Both the position numbers and the translations under genes were made by a program. This document shows positions 63,806 through 64,000 of a stretch of DNA of 64,000 bases, piece by piece. Source of the DNA: Eledone cirrhosa (lineage: Eukaryota); assembly GCA_964016885.1 (NCBI GenBank), contig OZ024740.1, positions 100,750,001 through 100,814,000 of the forward strand. Reading direction: 5' to 3'. Numbering within the stretch: the stretch's first letter is position 1; each line of letters opens with the position of its first letter. Under the pieces are notes generated by a model. It had not been told where the DNA came from. It ran no database searches and was given only the letters and a program-made list of their open reading frames with translations.

Positions 63806-64000
63806 AGAGGCTCATCGGGCTGTGGCTTAGCCTGGTTTCTGTGGTATGAAGCAACTGAGAGTATAAGACTCCTCTTTGGATAGGATGCCAGTCCATCATA
63901 GGGTTAAACCCTCAGATATTGCTGCAACTCATTTTCAGATGAGTATACGAGAGCAGCATGAAATGAAGTGTTTTGCTCAAGAACACACAACCTAGCCCAG
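63806..64000 (-). mobile_element. SINE family C copy, running off the window end
   Basis: Homologous to 20430-20625. Confidence 0.6.

Overview
AT-rich, microsatellite-dense eukaryotic DNA made almost entirely of transposable elements. The repeat mix (RTE, Tx1/L1, CR1, R4/Dong-like and Penelope-like retroelements, CORE-type SINEs, Helitrons, abundant (TA)n) suggests a coleoid cephalopod such as an octopus, but that is inference only. I could not support any host protein-coding gene. The main structure is a 13.5-kb head-to-tail array of three diverged Tx1/L1-clade LINEs (34530-48075, minus strand). Each ends in a (TATC)n tail and decay increases in one direction along the array, which suggests a GATA/TATC-microsatellite-targeting family that grows by inserting into its own tails. 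In two of these elements the ORF1 stop codon overlaps a splice-donor consensus. Other notable signals: a complete-looking type I hammerhead ribozyme (5731-5814, minus); HDV-like ribozyme candidates at RTE 5' ends; an RTE reverse transcriptase with a PHD finger inserted in it; a foldback element carrying two convergent tRNA-like Pol III units; and a deleted Gypsy element with the primer-binding site duplicated into its LTRs. All structures and family calls were read by eye; no searches or folding programs were run.
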